A stretch of 64,000 nucleotides of DNA from positions 160,001-224,000 of the forward strand of contig CBDBFU010000013.1 of the NCBI GenBank assembly GCA_965205025.1. The letters are read 5' to 3'. The DNA comes from Candidatus Poribacteria bacterium (GTDB lineage Bacteria; Poribacteria; WGA-4E; WGA-3G). This document shows, piece by piece, positions 30,172 through 40,438 of this stretch. The notes under the pieces are model-generated. The model saw nothing but the letters and a program-made list of their open reading frames with translations, ran no database searches and was not told where the DNA came from. The position numbers were made by a program, and so were the translations under genes. Each line of letters opens with the position of its first letter. Within the stretch, counting starts at the first letter, position 1.

Positions 30172-31920
30172 ATGAACAATGCTGAAAATAAGTTTACTGG
30201 ACTTGTACATCCAATTGAAAATTCATTTAATGAAGAAATAAATGCCATAAAGCAACATCTTCAAAATGCAGGTTTTTCTGCAGATGACTCAAACTGGTTA
30301 GTTGACGTTTTCAAAATGTCAGACTGTTTTGGATGTCCATCTGAAAATTCTCTTTTCAGAGAGAATTTCACAGATTCATTTGAAGACTTATTTCCCAAAA
30401 TTGTGGAAAGGTTAAACACTGAATCTATAGAAATTGCTAAGGACAGACAAACCAGTTTAGCACTTCTTTTTAGTTGTATGCTTAATCTTGGAATTGTGGG
30501 AGGTTATCCTATATGGTTCCATGCGAATATCGGTGCTGATGCATCAGAAAACGTTGGATGGATCAACGAATTTCAGAAGCATGCGAATTTTCAGGTTCAA
30601 GAATTGGATTGGGATAAACTCAACACAATGACACAACTTGATGGTTTACTCTCATGCTTATTCCCTACAGATGTCCCATACGATCAAATTGTCGATTTGG
30701 AACGTTTGGATCCAAAACCACGTCTCAGGAGATCTTCTAACGATAAAATTGATTTTGTACAACTCGAATTTTGGTTTAGTTGGCGATTTAAGGATAATGA
30801 TACTCGCTGCGAGAAAATAAAATTAGAGAAATTGTTGGTAACCTTTTCCCTTTTTTCTGATGATGTGCTTGGTGAAAAAATACTTGGACTCATTAATGCA
30901 ATTGATTATGCGATGTGGAAAGGTACAATCACGTTACCGTTTGAAGAACGTTTAGATCCATTAAATGACGGTTGGAAGACTGTCGCGTCTGAGTTAATAC
31001 CCTTCATAGAACTTCTTGATTGTCGTAAACCTGAATCAGTAAAAGAACCGTCAACACTCTTAAAAGCATGGTGGCATTTGGCAAGACATATTTTTAGCTG
31101 GAGTAAAGGTGGATTAGAATCAGAATTGTCTGAGGATTTGAAAAGTAAACTGATTGAAAGTACTTCAAGACATATTGGCATATTGCGATCAGTTTTAAGG
31201 GATACACCAGAGAAATTCGAGGATAGTAGTGTTTTCGATTTCTATAACAAGGCATTCTATGTTTTGTTAAGTTTTGCTGAACCATGGGGACGTATCAGAC
31301 CTTTGTTGCTTGCCTTTACGGAAATGACCAAACAAGCTGTAGCGAGTGACCTACGAACATGGAAAGAAATCGACAGTTCAGACGACCCACCTGCTAAATA
31401 CTCTCGCGTACCAAATTGGATTGAGGTTGCAATGTATCCGCAGAATTTAAAGAACGAGATAAAACGGGATCCATATCTACAAGAATTGCGTGAAGAATTT
31501 GCCAAATTCTGTCTTGGACGTTTAAGAACAAAAGAAAGAAATGATAGTAAAGAATATAAGAATAAAGATTTTGTTGAACCTCGTCCAGAATGGCGGCAAT
31601 GTTATGTTCAAGCATTAAAATCCTTACGTGTAAATCCAGGTGGACGCGGACATAAGGCTCTTTTCTGGTTATTAAATAATGACCCTAATGAAACTGTCCG
31701 AGAACTTGCTAAAAAAGCACATAAACAAGTTCGGCATCTCGATAGAGATAAACCTAATTTAGATAAAGGTGCATCTCCACGTAGACCGTTGTTTGAAGCA
31801 TTTTGGTGGTTGCGACAAGCACATCTTATCACCCTTGGAATTGAAATTGACCATGCCGGTGCAATGCGTACTCGTAGAAAAGAATTACACCGAACACGGG
31901 AAAAAGACGATCTTTTATGA
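30172..31920 (+). CDS. Large alpha-helical hypothetical protein with a C-terminal HEAT-like segment
   Basis: RBS GAGGAG; WRQCYVQALKSLRVNPGG...NDPNETVRELAK HEAT-like; no recognisable catalytic motif. Confidence 0.75.
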   Translation: MNNAENKFTGLVHPIENSFNEEINAIKQHLQNAGFSADDSNWLVDVFKMSDCFGCPSENSLFRENFTDSFEDLFPKIVERLNTESIEIAKDRQTSLALLFSCMLNLGIVGGYPIWFHANIGADASENVGWINEFQKHANFQVQELDWDKLNTMTQLDGLLSCLFPTDVPYDQIVDLERLDPKPRLRRSSNDKIDFVQLEFWFSWRFKDNDTRCEKIKLEKLLVTFSLFSDDVLGEKILGLINAIDYAMWKGTITLPFEERLDPLNDGWKTVASELIPFIELLDCRKPESVKEPSTLLKAWWHLARHIFSWSKGGLESELSEDLKSKLIESTSRHIGILRSVLRDTPEKFEDSSVFDFYNKAFYVLLSFAEPWGRIRPLLLAFTEMTKQAVASDLRTWKEIDSSDDPPAKYSRVPNWIEVAMYPQNLKNEIKRDPYLQELREEFAKFCLGRLRTKERNDSKEYKNKDFVEPRPEWRQCYVQALKSLRVNPGGRGHKALFWLLNNDPNETVRELAKKAHKQVRHLDRDKPNLDKGASPRRPLFEAFWWLRQAHLITLGIEIDHAGAMRTRRKELHRTREKDDLL

Positions 31921-31975
31921 TTATCAGTAGATTAATGTTAGTTAGAAAAATAAAATACAAAAGGAGATACTTCAC

Positions 31976-32149
31976 ATGCCAAAACGTAATGGTGCTGAAA
32001 AACGAAAAACTAAACTCGAACGAGATAATCGTTCTAATCAGTTAAACCCAAACAACGACGCATATTGGAAATCAAGAGGATATGAAGATAAACCTATCAA
32101 TAAAGGAGTATCTGATGGCGAAACGAAGAAACTTCACACCCGAGTATAA
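31976..32149 (+). CDS. Unannotated 57-aa peptide MPKRNGAEKRKTKLERDNRSNQLNPNNDAYWKSRGYEDKPINKGVSDGETKKLHTRV (candidate RiPP-like precursor)
   Basis: RBS AAGGAG 9 nt upstream; translated by hand; lies between the helical protein and the radical SAM gene; too short for the ORF track. Confidence 0.7.
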   Translation: MPKRNGAEKRKTKLERDNRSNQLNPNNDAYWKSRGYEDKPINKGVSDGETKKLHTRV

Positions 32150-32301
32150 AAACCGAAGTTGTTTTTAAGGTATTTACGGGTGGAAGTAAGCAAGCTGAAG
32201 TATGTCGACGAAACGACCTTAGTGATGAACAACTTTCAAAGTGGAAACGACAGATTCTTGAAAATGCGACTCTTTTTGAACCTGCTGATAAACAGCCCTA
32301 A
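32115..32301 (+). pseudogene. IS3-family transposase OrfA (HTH_Tnp_1) remnant with one frameshift
   Basis: MAKRRNFTPEYK/TEVVFKVFTGGSKQAEVCRRNDLSDEQLSKWKRQILEN...; RBS AAGGAG; no OrfB. Confidence 0.75.
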
Positions 32302-32479
32302 GGAAGTTTCATAAACATTCTCTGTTAAATATCTATTAACTACATAGAGATTTTGCGAGCACTTGAAGGATTTATATGCCTCATTCTGATTCAAATGAAT
32401 TGTGTGTTGACGCGTTTTCTCAAGACATTAGCAAATGTGATAAGTATTATCAATGTCAACTAAATAGGAGAAATAAGAA

Positions 32480-33847
32480 ATGACAAATATAAACAAATAT
32501 CCATCGTTAAGTCACCCCAATCTTTTGTTTATCTCTTTAGATTGGACACGTCCAAAAGACTTACGAAAACCTCTTTCTACTGGTTCAATAGAAACCTACT
32601 TTAGGAAGAATCAATCAGGCATAACAAGTGCTGAATTCATAGACTTTAATTTAAATGACTCAAGTTTTCGAATTGAGGATATAAAGGATTTAATAAGTAA
32701 AAAACGTCCGAGTTTTCTTGCATTAGGAGCATATATTTGGAATGAAAAATACGTGCCAGATGTAGTGAGTTGGACAAAGAATAATTATCCAGACACAATA
32801 ATTATCTTGGGTGGACCTCAAGTTACATATGGGAATCATAATCTCTCTATGGAATATCCGGGTGTTGATTATTTCGTTAGAGGTGAAGGGGAATTGCCTT
32901 TCACCGAATTGATAGACGATCTCTCATTGAACCGTGTCCCTTCTCCTGAAATGATGAGTAGGTTTTCGATTTATACTCCAGAAACTCTTAAAAAGGGAGT
33001 ATGTAATAATAGTTATGTCCATAATCCGGAAAAACTATTATCGCCCTACCTGAATCAAATTCTACCTATTGAGCAAAATCAAACATTTGTACGTTGGGAA
33101 ACATCTCGTAGGTGTCCATATCAATGTAGTTTTTGTCAATTCCGTTCACCAGAAGACCATAAGGTGGTTAGACTTAATCATAAAAGACTTTTTCAAGAAC
33201 TTGAATATTTCAAGAAAAAGAAGGTTCAAGAAATAAATGTCCTTGATCCAATCTTTAATCTTAATCCAAAACATTACTTAGAGATTTGTCGTAAGATAGA
33301 TTTTTTGAGAATGAATTCTCGGTTCTACTTTCAATGCCGGTTAGAGTTGCTTTGTCATAGTAAAGCAGTAGAATTCTTAGAATTCTGTAGAGATCGTCAA
33401 ATCTGGCTTGAATTTGGTGTACAGACCTTTAAAGAAAAAGAGTCTGAGGCTATCAATCGGGGAAATAAATTTGATAAAATTGATAAAGGGATTGATCTGT
33501 TGCATCAATTCAAAATTCCCTTTGATCTCCATTTGATATTTGGTTTGCCGTTCCAGTCACTTGATAATTTTCTCTGGAGTTATGATAAAGCTAAAGATGC
33601 AAATCCAAACGGACTTTATCTCTATCCTTTAAATATACTCAAAGGTACAGATCTATTTGTACAAAGTAATGAATGGGATTATGATTACGATAGCAAGAAC
33701 AATAATATCTTCCTTAAAAGTAAATGGATGACGCAGCATGAAGTTGAATGTTTGAAAGAGGCTTCTGAGAAAATAAATCATCAATCAAAAGAAGTACGAA
33801 ATACTAAAAAGTCATTTAATCTTCCAGATTTACGAGATCTGTTGTAA
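32480..33847 (+). CDS. B12-binding domain radical SAM protein (class B methyltransferase-like)
   Basis: N-terminal B12-binding motifs YIWNE, ILGGPQV, VRGEGE; CPYQCSFC [4Fe-4S] motif; HLIFGLP; RBS AGGAG. Confidence 0.9.
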   Translation: MTNINKYPSLSHPNLLFISLDWTRPKDLRKPLSTGSIETYFRKNQSGITSAEFIDFNLNDSSFRIEDIKDLISKKRPSFLALGAYIWNEKYVPDVVSWTKNNYPDTIIILGGPQVTYGNHNLSMEYPGVDYFVRGEGELPFTELIDDLSLNRVPSPEMMSRFSIYTPETLKKGVCNNSYVHNPEKLLSPYLNQILPIEQNQTFVRWETSRRCPYQCSFCQFRSPEDHKVVRLNHKRLFQELEYFKKKKVQEINVLDPIFNLNPKHYLEICRKIDFLRMNSRFYFQCRLELLCHSKAVEFLEFCRDRQIWLEFGVQTFKEKESEAINRGNKFDKIDKGIDLLHQFKIPFDLHLIFGLPFQSLDNFLWSYDKAKDANPNGLYLYPLNILKGTDLFVQSNEWDYDYDSKNNNIFLKSKWMTQHEVECLKEASEKINHQSKEVRNTKKSFNLPDLRDLL

Positions 33848-34015
33848 ACTTGCTAATAACCTTTATTAAGGAGGGTAATTCCGATTATCTTCCTTAATAG
33901 TTGGGTTTGTGATCTTCTAAACAATTACAACGAATCCGTATCTTTGATCTCTATTTTTCCGTTCTTACATCAACAACTACCCTACATTCATTCTTTAATT
34001 AAAAGGATACTCCTC

Positions 34016-35203
34016 ATGGCAATTCAAATGGCTATCATCGGTTGTGGAGGGATGGCAAATGGTCATCTCAACGCATATCTCACAATCCACAACACAGAAC
34101 CCGGTAAAGTTGAACTCGTTGCAATGTGTGATGAAGTCGAAGAAAGAGCTGATAACTTCGCAGAAAGAGTTAAAGAAGTAACAGGTAAAAAACCTGCTGT
34201 ATTTACCGATACTGACACAATGCTGGCAAAAGCTGATTTAGACGGCGTAGACATCTGTACATCACACGCACATCACCATATCAATGCGATTAAATGTCTC
34301 AACGCAGGTGTTAATGTCATGGTAGAAAAACCGATGGGAATTACCGTTAAAGCAACACACGCAATCATCGATGCTGCAAAAGAAAATGGTAAAATCGCTG
34401 CAACAGCCGAGAATATACGGCGGATGCCAAGTCGTCGTACTGCAGAATGGTTAATGAACGAAAAACAGATACTTGGTGATATGCGTATGTTCAATGCACA
34501 ACATGCAAGCCATCGTGAACCAGATCCTGGAAGTGCATGGCACTGGAGATTGGATCTATCTCTCGGCGGTGGTGGAATGGTAATGGACTCTGGAGCACAC
34601 TATTGTGATACAATACGTTACCTTTTTGGTGATCCAACAACCGTTTATGGACGGGTGTGCCAATTTGAGAATCTTGAAGTCACGAAAAACGGTGAGATCG
34701 TAAAAAACGAACAAGAAGACACATGGGTTGCAACTATCAACTTCAAGAAAGATGTCATTGGACTGTGGACATGTACATGGGCAGCAGTTGGACACAGTTA
34801 CAACCATGTTGTATATTATGGAAGTGAAGGATGCCTACTTGACGATGGGGATATCTTTCACGGACCTTTTGATGGTGCAGAAATTATTCTTAAAGATGGC
34901 ACACACCTTTCAATGGAAAATCTTATAACTGAATATATGGCAAGTCTCTCTGATGAGCAGAAAGATAAACTGTTTCCACACAATTTTACCGACGGTGTCG
35001 TCCTTGAATGTTATGACTACGTTGATGCTATCGAAAACAACCGACCACCTGAACTGGATGCTGAAGTGGGACTCCGTGCGAAATCTATTTGTGAAGCTAT
35101 CTACGAATCAAATGCTTGTGGACAGGCAGTAAACTATGAAGATGTAGTTTCAGGAGATATCGAAGTTTACCAGAAACCTATCAACGAACGGTGGGGGTTA
35201 TAG
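34016..35203 (+). CDS. Gfo/Idh/MocA family oxidoreductase
   Basis: IIGCGGMA, VEKPMG, DSGAHYCD. Confidence 0.9.
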   Translation: MAIQMAIIGCGGMANGHLNAYLTIHNTEPGKVELVAMCDEVEERADNFAERVKEVTGKKPAVFTDTDTMLAKADLDGVDICTSHAHHHINAIKCLNAGVNVMVEKPMGITVKATHAIIDAAKENGKIAATAENIRRMPSRRTAEWLMNEKQILGDMRMFNAQHASHREPDPGSAWHWRLDLSLGGGGMVMDSGAHYCDTIRYLFGDPTTVYGRVCQFENLEVTKNGEIVKNEQEDTWVATINFKKDVIGLWTCTWAAVGHSYNHVVYYGSEGCLLDDGDIFHGPFDGAEIILKDGTHLSMENLITEYMASLSDEQKDKLFPHNFTDGVVLECYDYVDAIENNRPPELDAEVGLRAKSICEAIYESNACGQAVNYEDVVSGDIEVYQKPINERWGL

Positions 35204-36544
35204 TTGTCTGATAAAGATCAGTCTACCGTTACAACCTCTGAGAAATCCATTCAGTATAAGGGTGAATCATCAAGAAAAGAAAAACTTGTAGGTTATTTTG
35301 AATTACTTCGAATAAATGCAAACTTTCGATGGCTGTGGGCGGGACAGCTTGTCAGTCTCTTAGGGGATTGGTTTAATCTAATTGCTTCTGCACTGTTGAT
35401 TCGAAGTCTTACGGATTCGAAGTTTGCTTTAGGCGTTCTGTTTACAATTCGGATGCTTGCGCCATTTTTTATAGCACCGATTGCTGGGATCTGTGCTGAC
35501 CGATATAACCGCAAACATATCCTCATTATAAGTGATATAATTCGAGGATTACTTATACTCGGATTTCTTTTCGTTAGAACTGAAGAAGATATTCCACTTC
35601 TGTATGTCCTCACCACGCTCTTGTTTGGGAGTAGTGGATTTTTCAGTCCAGCTCGTAGTGCCATTCTACCAGATATTACCTCAACAAACGAATTAGGTAC
35701 AGCGAATGCCCTAAGTGCGACCACTTGGTCAATTATGCTTGCACTCGGTGCAGCCATCGGTGGATTTACTGTGGGAGTGTTTGGCATCCAGACAGCATTT
35801 ATCATTGATGGGTTAACCTTTTTTGTATCTGCTATACTTCTGTTGCAGATTAAACTACCACAAAATGCTGTTGCGTCAAGAAGAGATAATACTGGTCGAA
35901 AGTTCACAACTTTCCGGTACCTCATTCAGCAACCTGACCTATTCTTTATCACCCTTCACAAAGCATCAATAGCACTAATACTATATTCAGGATATCAGAT
36001 CTCCCAAGTTGAAATTGCCAAGAGTTATTTTGTCATAGGGGTGGAAGGGGCAATTAGCTTAGGAATCATGTTATGTTTTGGTGGCATTGGTAGCGGGATT
36101 GGACCGATTATTGCCAGAATATGGACAGGTGATAGTGACAAACCCCTTCGACAGAGTATTAGTCTCGGATATATTATAGGAGCAGTTGGATTGGCTGCTA
36201 CTGCACCACTTGGAAGTCTTACAACGGTAGTTATAGGAGGATTTATACGTAGTGTGGGTGGCGGAATTGCATGGGTGTTTTCAACACAACTTCTCCTTCA
36301 ACGCGCTCCAAACGAAATAAGGGGAAGAATCTTCGGTATAGAGTATGCACTTTTTACACTCATGGGGGGTATTGCTTCAGCAGTTGCTGGTGTCCTGCTT
36401 GATCTTTACGGTGTTAAAAAAGTTCTATGGGGAATGAGTATACTTCCCTTTATTCCAGCAATATTCTGGTGGCTTTGGCAAGCACATTTTACCAAAGTAT
36501 CTAAGAATAAAAAAAATGAAGAAAAACCCACTTCTAACAACTAA
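35204..36544 (+). CDS. MFS transporter (MFS_3/DHA3-like)
   Basis: GQLVSLLGDW, ADRYNRK, ~12 TM segments. Confidence 0.9.
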   Translation: MSDKDQSTVTTSEKSIQYKGESSRKEKLVGYFELLRINANFRWLWAGQLVSLLGDWFNLIASALLIRSLTDSKFALGVLFTIRMLAPFFIAPIAGICADRYNRKHILIISDIIRGLLILGFLFVRTEEDIPLLYVLTTLLFGSSGFFSPARSAILPDITSTNELGTANALSATTWSIMLALGAAIGGFTVGVFGIQTAFIIDGLTFFVSAILLLQIKLPQNAVASRRDNTGRKFTTFRYLIQQPDLFFITLHKASIALILYSGYQISQVEIAKSYFVIGVEGAISLGIMLCFGGIGSGIGPIIARIWTGDSDKPLRQSISLGYIIGAVGLAATAPLGSLTTVVIGGFIRSVGGGIAWVFSTQLLLQRAPNEIRGRIFGIEYALFTLMGGIASAVAGVLLDLYGVKKVLWGMSILPFIPAIFWWLWQAHFTKVSKNKKNEEKPTSNN

Positions 36545-36630
36545 CATATATATCACAAGAATAGAGAAACTTTGTAATAATATTTGTCAAAATAAAAATA
36601 ATAGGACTTACGCATTTCTTCTTTGTCTGT

Positions 36631-36737
36631 AGCCCCGGGGAACGCCTACAGGCGTTCATACCGTTGATTCGCGGGGCGAAAGGTTTGTAGAAAACGTTGC
36701 AACCCTACTACTTAGCCCCGGCGGGGCGAAATGTGTT
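36631..36737 (+). repeat. Two GCCCC-x-GGGGCGAAA REP-like units, the first carrying a 33-nt insertion
   Basis: Filled unit at 36631 versus empty unit at 36714. Confidence 0.8.
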
Positions 36738-36802
36738 TCGCTTAAAACTGTCCAAATTATAGTATATGTTAAAACACAGACTAAAACCAACAACTAAAAA
36801 AC

Positions 36803-37203
36803 TAACAGCTAATGACTATCTATAAAAACGATCCTAATTACAAAGTTTCATATTACGTCAAAAAGCATACCTTTTTAACTGATCAAAATGTCAAAATCTG
36901 GAAGGACAACAAAAACACAAAATCACATTTTTTTGAATTTCTTATAAATCAAGTTCAAACTGGAATAAAACCATGCTATGACAGGGGTTACAGGTGTAAT
37001 TTACACCAATTTCAATGTCACACGATGTGACAAAAAGTGTAACTTTTTCATGTTTTCGAGGCATAGAGAAATGCAACAACAATACGATCTACTGTCTGAG
37101 TATTTAGGATTAAATGTCTGTTTTTATAACTTATTTTTTATCTGTATATTAGGATTAAAAGTCTGTTTTTATAACTTTTTGATGATCAGAAATATCAGTT
37201 ATT
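36803..37203. repeat. ~400-bp dispersed repeat, copy 2
   Basis: Colinear with 18620-19020. Confidence 0.85.
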
Positions 37204-37689
37204 TTAATCATTAGACTCTTTTGTAGGAGGGGATTCCGATCCCCGATTCTTACATTTCTTCTGTGGGAGGGGATTCCGATCCCCGATCTTATACCATGAA
37301 AAACATAGATACATCAATTACACACTTAAGTTATAGTATGATTAACGTATGTGATTCACGAAAAACAAGCATACTCTAAATTATAAACCCTTATAGCATA
37401 AGGGCTCGTAAAATTGCTCCGTGAAGGTTTCCGTGAAAGTGTAATAAATTCAAGACGACAAATATTAACAGATATTTACAATACACAGTATCCATACATC
37501 TAACATTACTACAGTTGATATGAATACTAAAGATGATTCTTGACATAAATATTGGTATCCAGAGGCTACAACAGCGTATTCTTTAGTTACAAAAACTTTA
37601 CACACCCAAACTAAATAGTCAACATACCCTTTAAACGAAAATTATGATATAATAATTTATAGTAGAAGCATTGATCGAAAGGAATAAAT

Positions 37690-38520
37690 ATGAGATTGGA
37701 AGGAAAAGTCGCTATTGTCGCAGGAGCAGCATGGGGTGGTATCGGAGCCGCAACCGCATATAAGTTTGCATGTGAAGGCGCAAAAGTGGTTGTTAATACT
37801 CGTCAACGAGAAACGAAACTTGCCGAAACAGTTCAACGTATTGAGGAAGCTGGTGGAGAGGCTGTATCTATTATGGGGGATGTCGCAGAAGAAAAAACAT
37901 GGCAGACGCTTGTAGATACCGCATTATCTAATTACGGCAAAATTACGACTTTGGTTCACAACGCTGCACACTCCTATACTAAAAAAGCTATTGAGTTTAC
38001 TCCTGAAGAATGGAATGAAAGCCTTGGTGTAACCCTGGGTGGTCCTTGGCTTGGAGCAAAATATTGTATTCCCGAAATGATAAAAAATGGTGGTGGGACA
38101 TTAGTTCTTATTTCTACTGTTAATGCTACAATTACGAACCCAGGTTTCGGTCTTTATGGTGCAGGTAAAGGAGGCTTAAACGCTTTAACACGGAGCATTG
38201 CACTCGATTATGGAAGAGATGGTATTCGCGCAAATGCAATTGCACCTGGACAAATTGTGGGGGAACGCGGAGAAGCCTCACTTGCAGCAGATACATTAGA
38301 GGATCAAGCATCAAAAGACTGCTACCCCATAGGACGTTACGGAAAACCGGAAGACATCGCAAATGTTGCCCTCTTTTTAGCTTCTGATGAAGCGGATTTT
38401 GTTACCGGTATTGTTCTCACTGCTGATGGTGGATTAACACTTCAATCCCCAGAAGCACTTGTCAGACCATCCTTCCGTCTTAGATGGAGAGATGATATTC
38501 TGGTACCACAACCCAAATAG
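37690..38520 (+). CDS. SDR family oxidoreductase
   Basis: GAAWGGIG Rossmann motif, HNAA, YGAGK (YxxxK), NAIAPG. Confidence 0.9.
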   Translation: MRLEGKVAIVAGAAWGGIGAATAYKFACEGAKVVVNTRQRETKLAETVQRIEEAGGEAVSIMGDVAEEKTWQTLVDTALSNYGKITTLVHNAAHSYTKKAIEFTPEEWNESLGVTLGGPWLGAKYCIPEMIKNGGGTLVLISTVNATITNPGFGLYGAGKGGLNALTRSIALDYGRDGIRANAIAPGQIVGERGEASLAADTLEDQASKDCYPIGRYGKPEDIANVALFLASDEADFVTGIVLTADGGLTLQSPEALVRPSFRLRWRDDILVPQPK

Positions 38521-38598
38521 GTTAATAGTGTCAACTATGTTTATTAAATAGAGTTAAATAGGCGATATACGTCCCAATTATTTATAAGGAGATAAAAA

Positions 38599-39294
38599 AT
38601 GTGTGGACGATTTACCTGGACAACTCCCCCTGAATTAATGTGGTCAATTCTTGAAGACTTTGAGATCCCAATGGATTTTAAACCACGATACAACATAGCA
38701 CCAACACAAGATGTACCTGTCATTCCAAATACCATAAATGAAATTGATTCAGATAACAATACAAGAAAGTTGGAATTTTTCAAATGGGGATTAATCCCTT
38801 CATGGGCGAAGGATGCAAAAATTGGAAGTAGGATGATTAATGCACGCTCAGAAACACTTTCTGAAAAGCCATCCTTTCGCAATGCATACAAGAGAAGACG
38901 ATGTCTCATTCTGGCTGACGGATACTATGAATGGGTGCCTATACCAGGTGAAAAAACTAAGCAACCGGTCTACATTCGACTAAAGTCAAAAGAAACCTTT
39001 GCATTCGCTGGATTATGGGAACAGTGGAAACCAGAATGGACTGATAAACCATATATGTCTTGCACTATTATCACTTGTTCACCTAATCCAATGTTGGCAG
39101 AAATACACCATAGAATGCCTGTGATTTTACCCCAAGAAAACCATGAAGAATGGCTGGCTCCGGGAGAACAACCAAAAGAGAATCTGCAACATCTTCTTAC
39201 GGCATATTCGGGTGAAGAGATGGAGGCATATCCTGTATCAAAATTCGTGAATAAGCCAATGAATGACTCTCCTGAATGTATTGAACCAATATAA
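38599..39294 (+). CDS. SOS response-associated peptidase (SRAP/YedK-like abasic-site protein)
   Basis: MCGRF N-terminus, RYNIAPTQ, INARSET, HHRMPVIL. Confidence 0.95.
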   Translation: MCGRFTWTTPPELMWSILEDFEIPMDFKPRYNIAPTQDVPVIPNTINEIDSDNNTRKLEFFKWGLIPSWAKDAKIGSRMINARSETLSEKPSFRNAYKRRRCLILADGYYEWVPIPGEKTKQPVYIRLKSKETFAFAGLWEQWKPEWTDKPYMSCTIITCSPNPMLAEIHHRMPVILPQENHEEWLAPGEQPKENLQHLLTAYSGEEMEAYPVSKFVNKPMNDSPECIEPI

Positions 39295-39408
39295 TGTGAA
39301 TATGATATCTTAATTACCAAAATCCGAACTATCCATCACGGTATGTTCGGATTCCTGACCGACCGAATCCATCTATAACAAAATGAAATGTGTATTTAGG
39401 AAGGAATT

Positions 39409-40392
39409 ATGTCTAATCCAACAAAAGACCAAATGATAACAATGTATCGTAAAATGGTAGAGATACGTCAATTTGAAGAATCTGCAGGTACGTTGTATCA
39501 AAGCGGACAACTCCCTGGTTTTCTTCACTTATATATTGGAGAAGAAGCTACTGCAGTCGGTGTTTGTGTTCACTTAAATAATGATGATTACATCACAAGC
39601 ACGCATCGTGGACACGGTCATCTCATAGCAAAGGGAGGAAAACGCGACCGAATGATGGCAGAATTATTTGCACGAACCACAGGATATTGTAAAGGTAAAG
39701 GTGGATCAATGCACATTGCCGATAAAGAGACAGGTATTCTCGGTGCAAACGGTGTTGTCGGTGCTGGAATTCCACTTGCTGCGGGTGCAGCACTCACTGC
39801 AAAATTCCAAGGCACACAACAAGTTGCCGTTTCTTTCTTTGGTGACGGTGCTACAAACCAAGGCGTATTTCATGAAACACTCAACCTTGCCGCTGTGTGG
39901 GAACTCCCTGTCGTATTTGTCTGTGAAAACAATCGATTTGGAATGGGAACACCGCAAAGTGAACATCAACGTGTAGAAGACATTGCTGTACGTGCACCCG
40001 CTTATGATATACCGGGCATCACGGTTGATGGAAATGATGTTCTCAAAGTGTATGCTGCTGCGGGAGATGCCGTAGAACGCGCACGAAATGGGGAGGGTCC
40101 AACATTACTCAACTGTGACACCTACAGATTTAGAGGACACCACATAGGAGACCCAGGGACATCCTATCGCGACCGTGAAGAGGTACAAGAACAGGAACGC
40201 CAACGTGATCCTATCCGTAGACTCGCACAAGTCCTAATTGATGAAGAAAATATGACAGAAGAAGAACTATCAACTATAGACGAAGAACTCGCAAATGAAC
40301 TTGAAGAGGCGTTGGAGTTTGCTAAAAATAGTCCTGAACCCCTTCCTGAAGACGCACTTGACGACGTTTATGCCGGTTCTATTCAACCCTAA
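39409..40392 (+). CDS. TPP-dependent dehydrogenase E1 alpha subunit (pyruvate/acetoin type)
   Basis: GFLHLYIGEEA, STHRGHGH, GKGGSMH, GDGA...ENN, YRFRGH. Confidence 0.9.
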   Translation: MSNPTKDQMITMYRKMVEIRQFEESAGTLYQSGQLPGFLHLYIGEEATAVGVCVHLNNDDYITSTHRGHGHLIAKGGKRDRMMAELFARTTGYCKGKGGSMHIADKETGILGANGVVGAGIPLAAGAALTAKFQGTQQVAVSFFGDGATNQGVFHETLNLAAVWELPVVFVCENNRFGMGTPQSEHQRVEDIAVRAPAYDIPGITVDGNDVLKVYAAAGDAVERARNGEGPTLLNCDTYRFRGHHIGDPGTSYRDREEVQEQERQRDPIRRLAQVLIDEENMTEEELSTIDEELANELEEALEFAKNSPEPLPEDALDDVYAGSIQP

Positions 40393-40438
40393 ATCACATA
40401 TATTCTATCAGAATAGAAATTATACAGAGAATTAGATC

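Noticed and set aside
36812-37214. ORFs of 72 and 78 aa inside the 400-bp repeat
   Set aside because: The 72-aa frame is interrupted by an early stop in the other copy; neither ORF has a clear RBS or protein-like motifs
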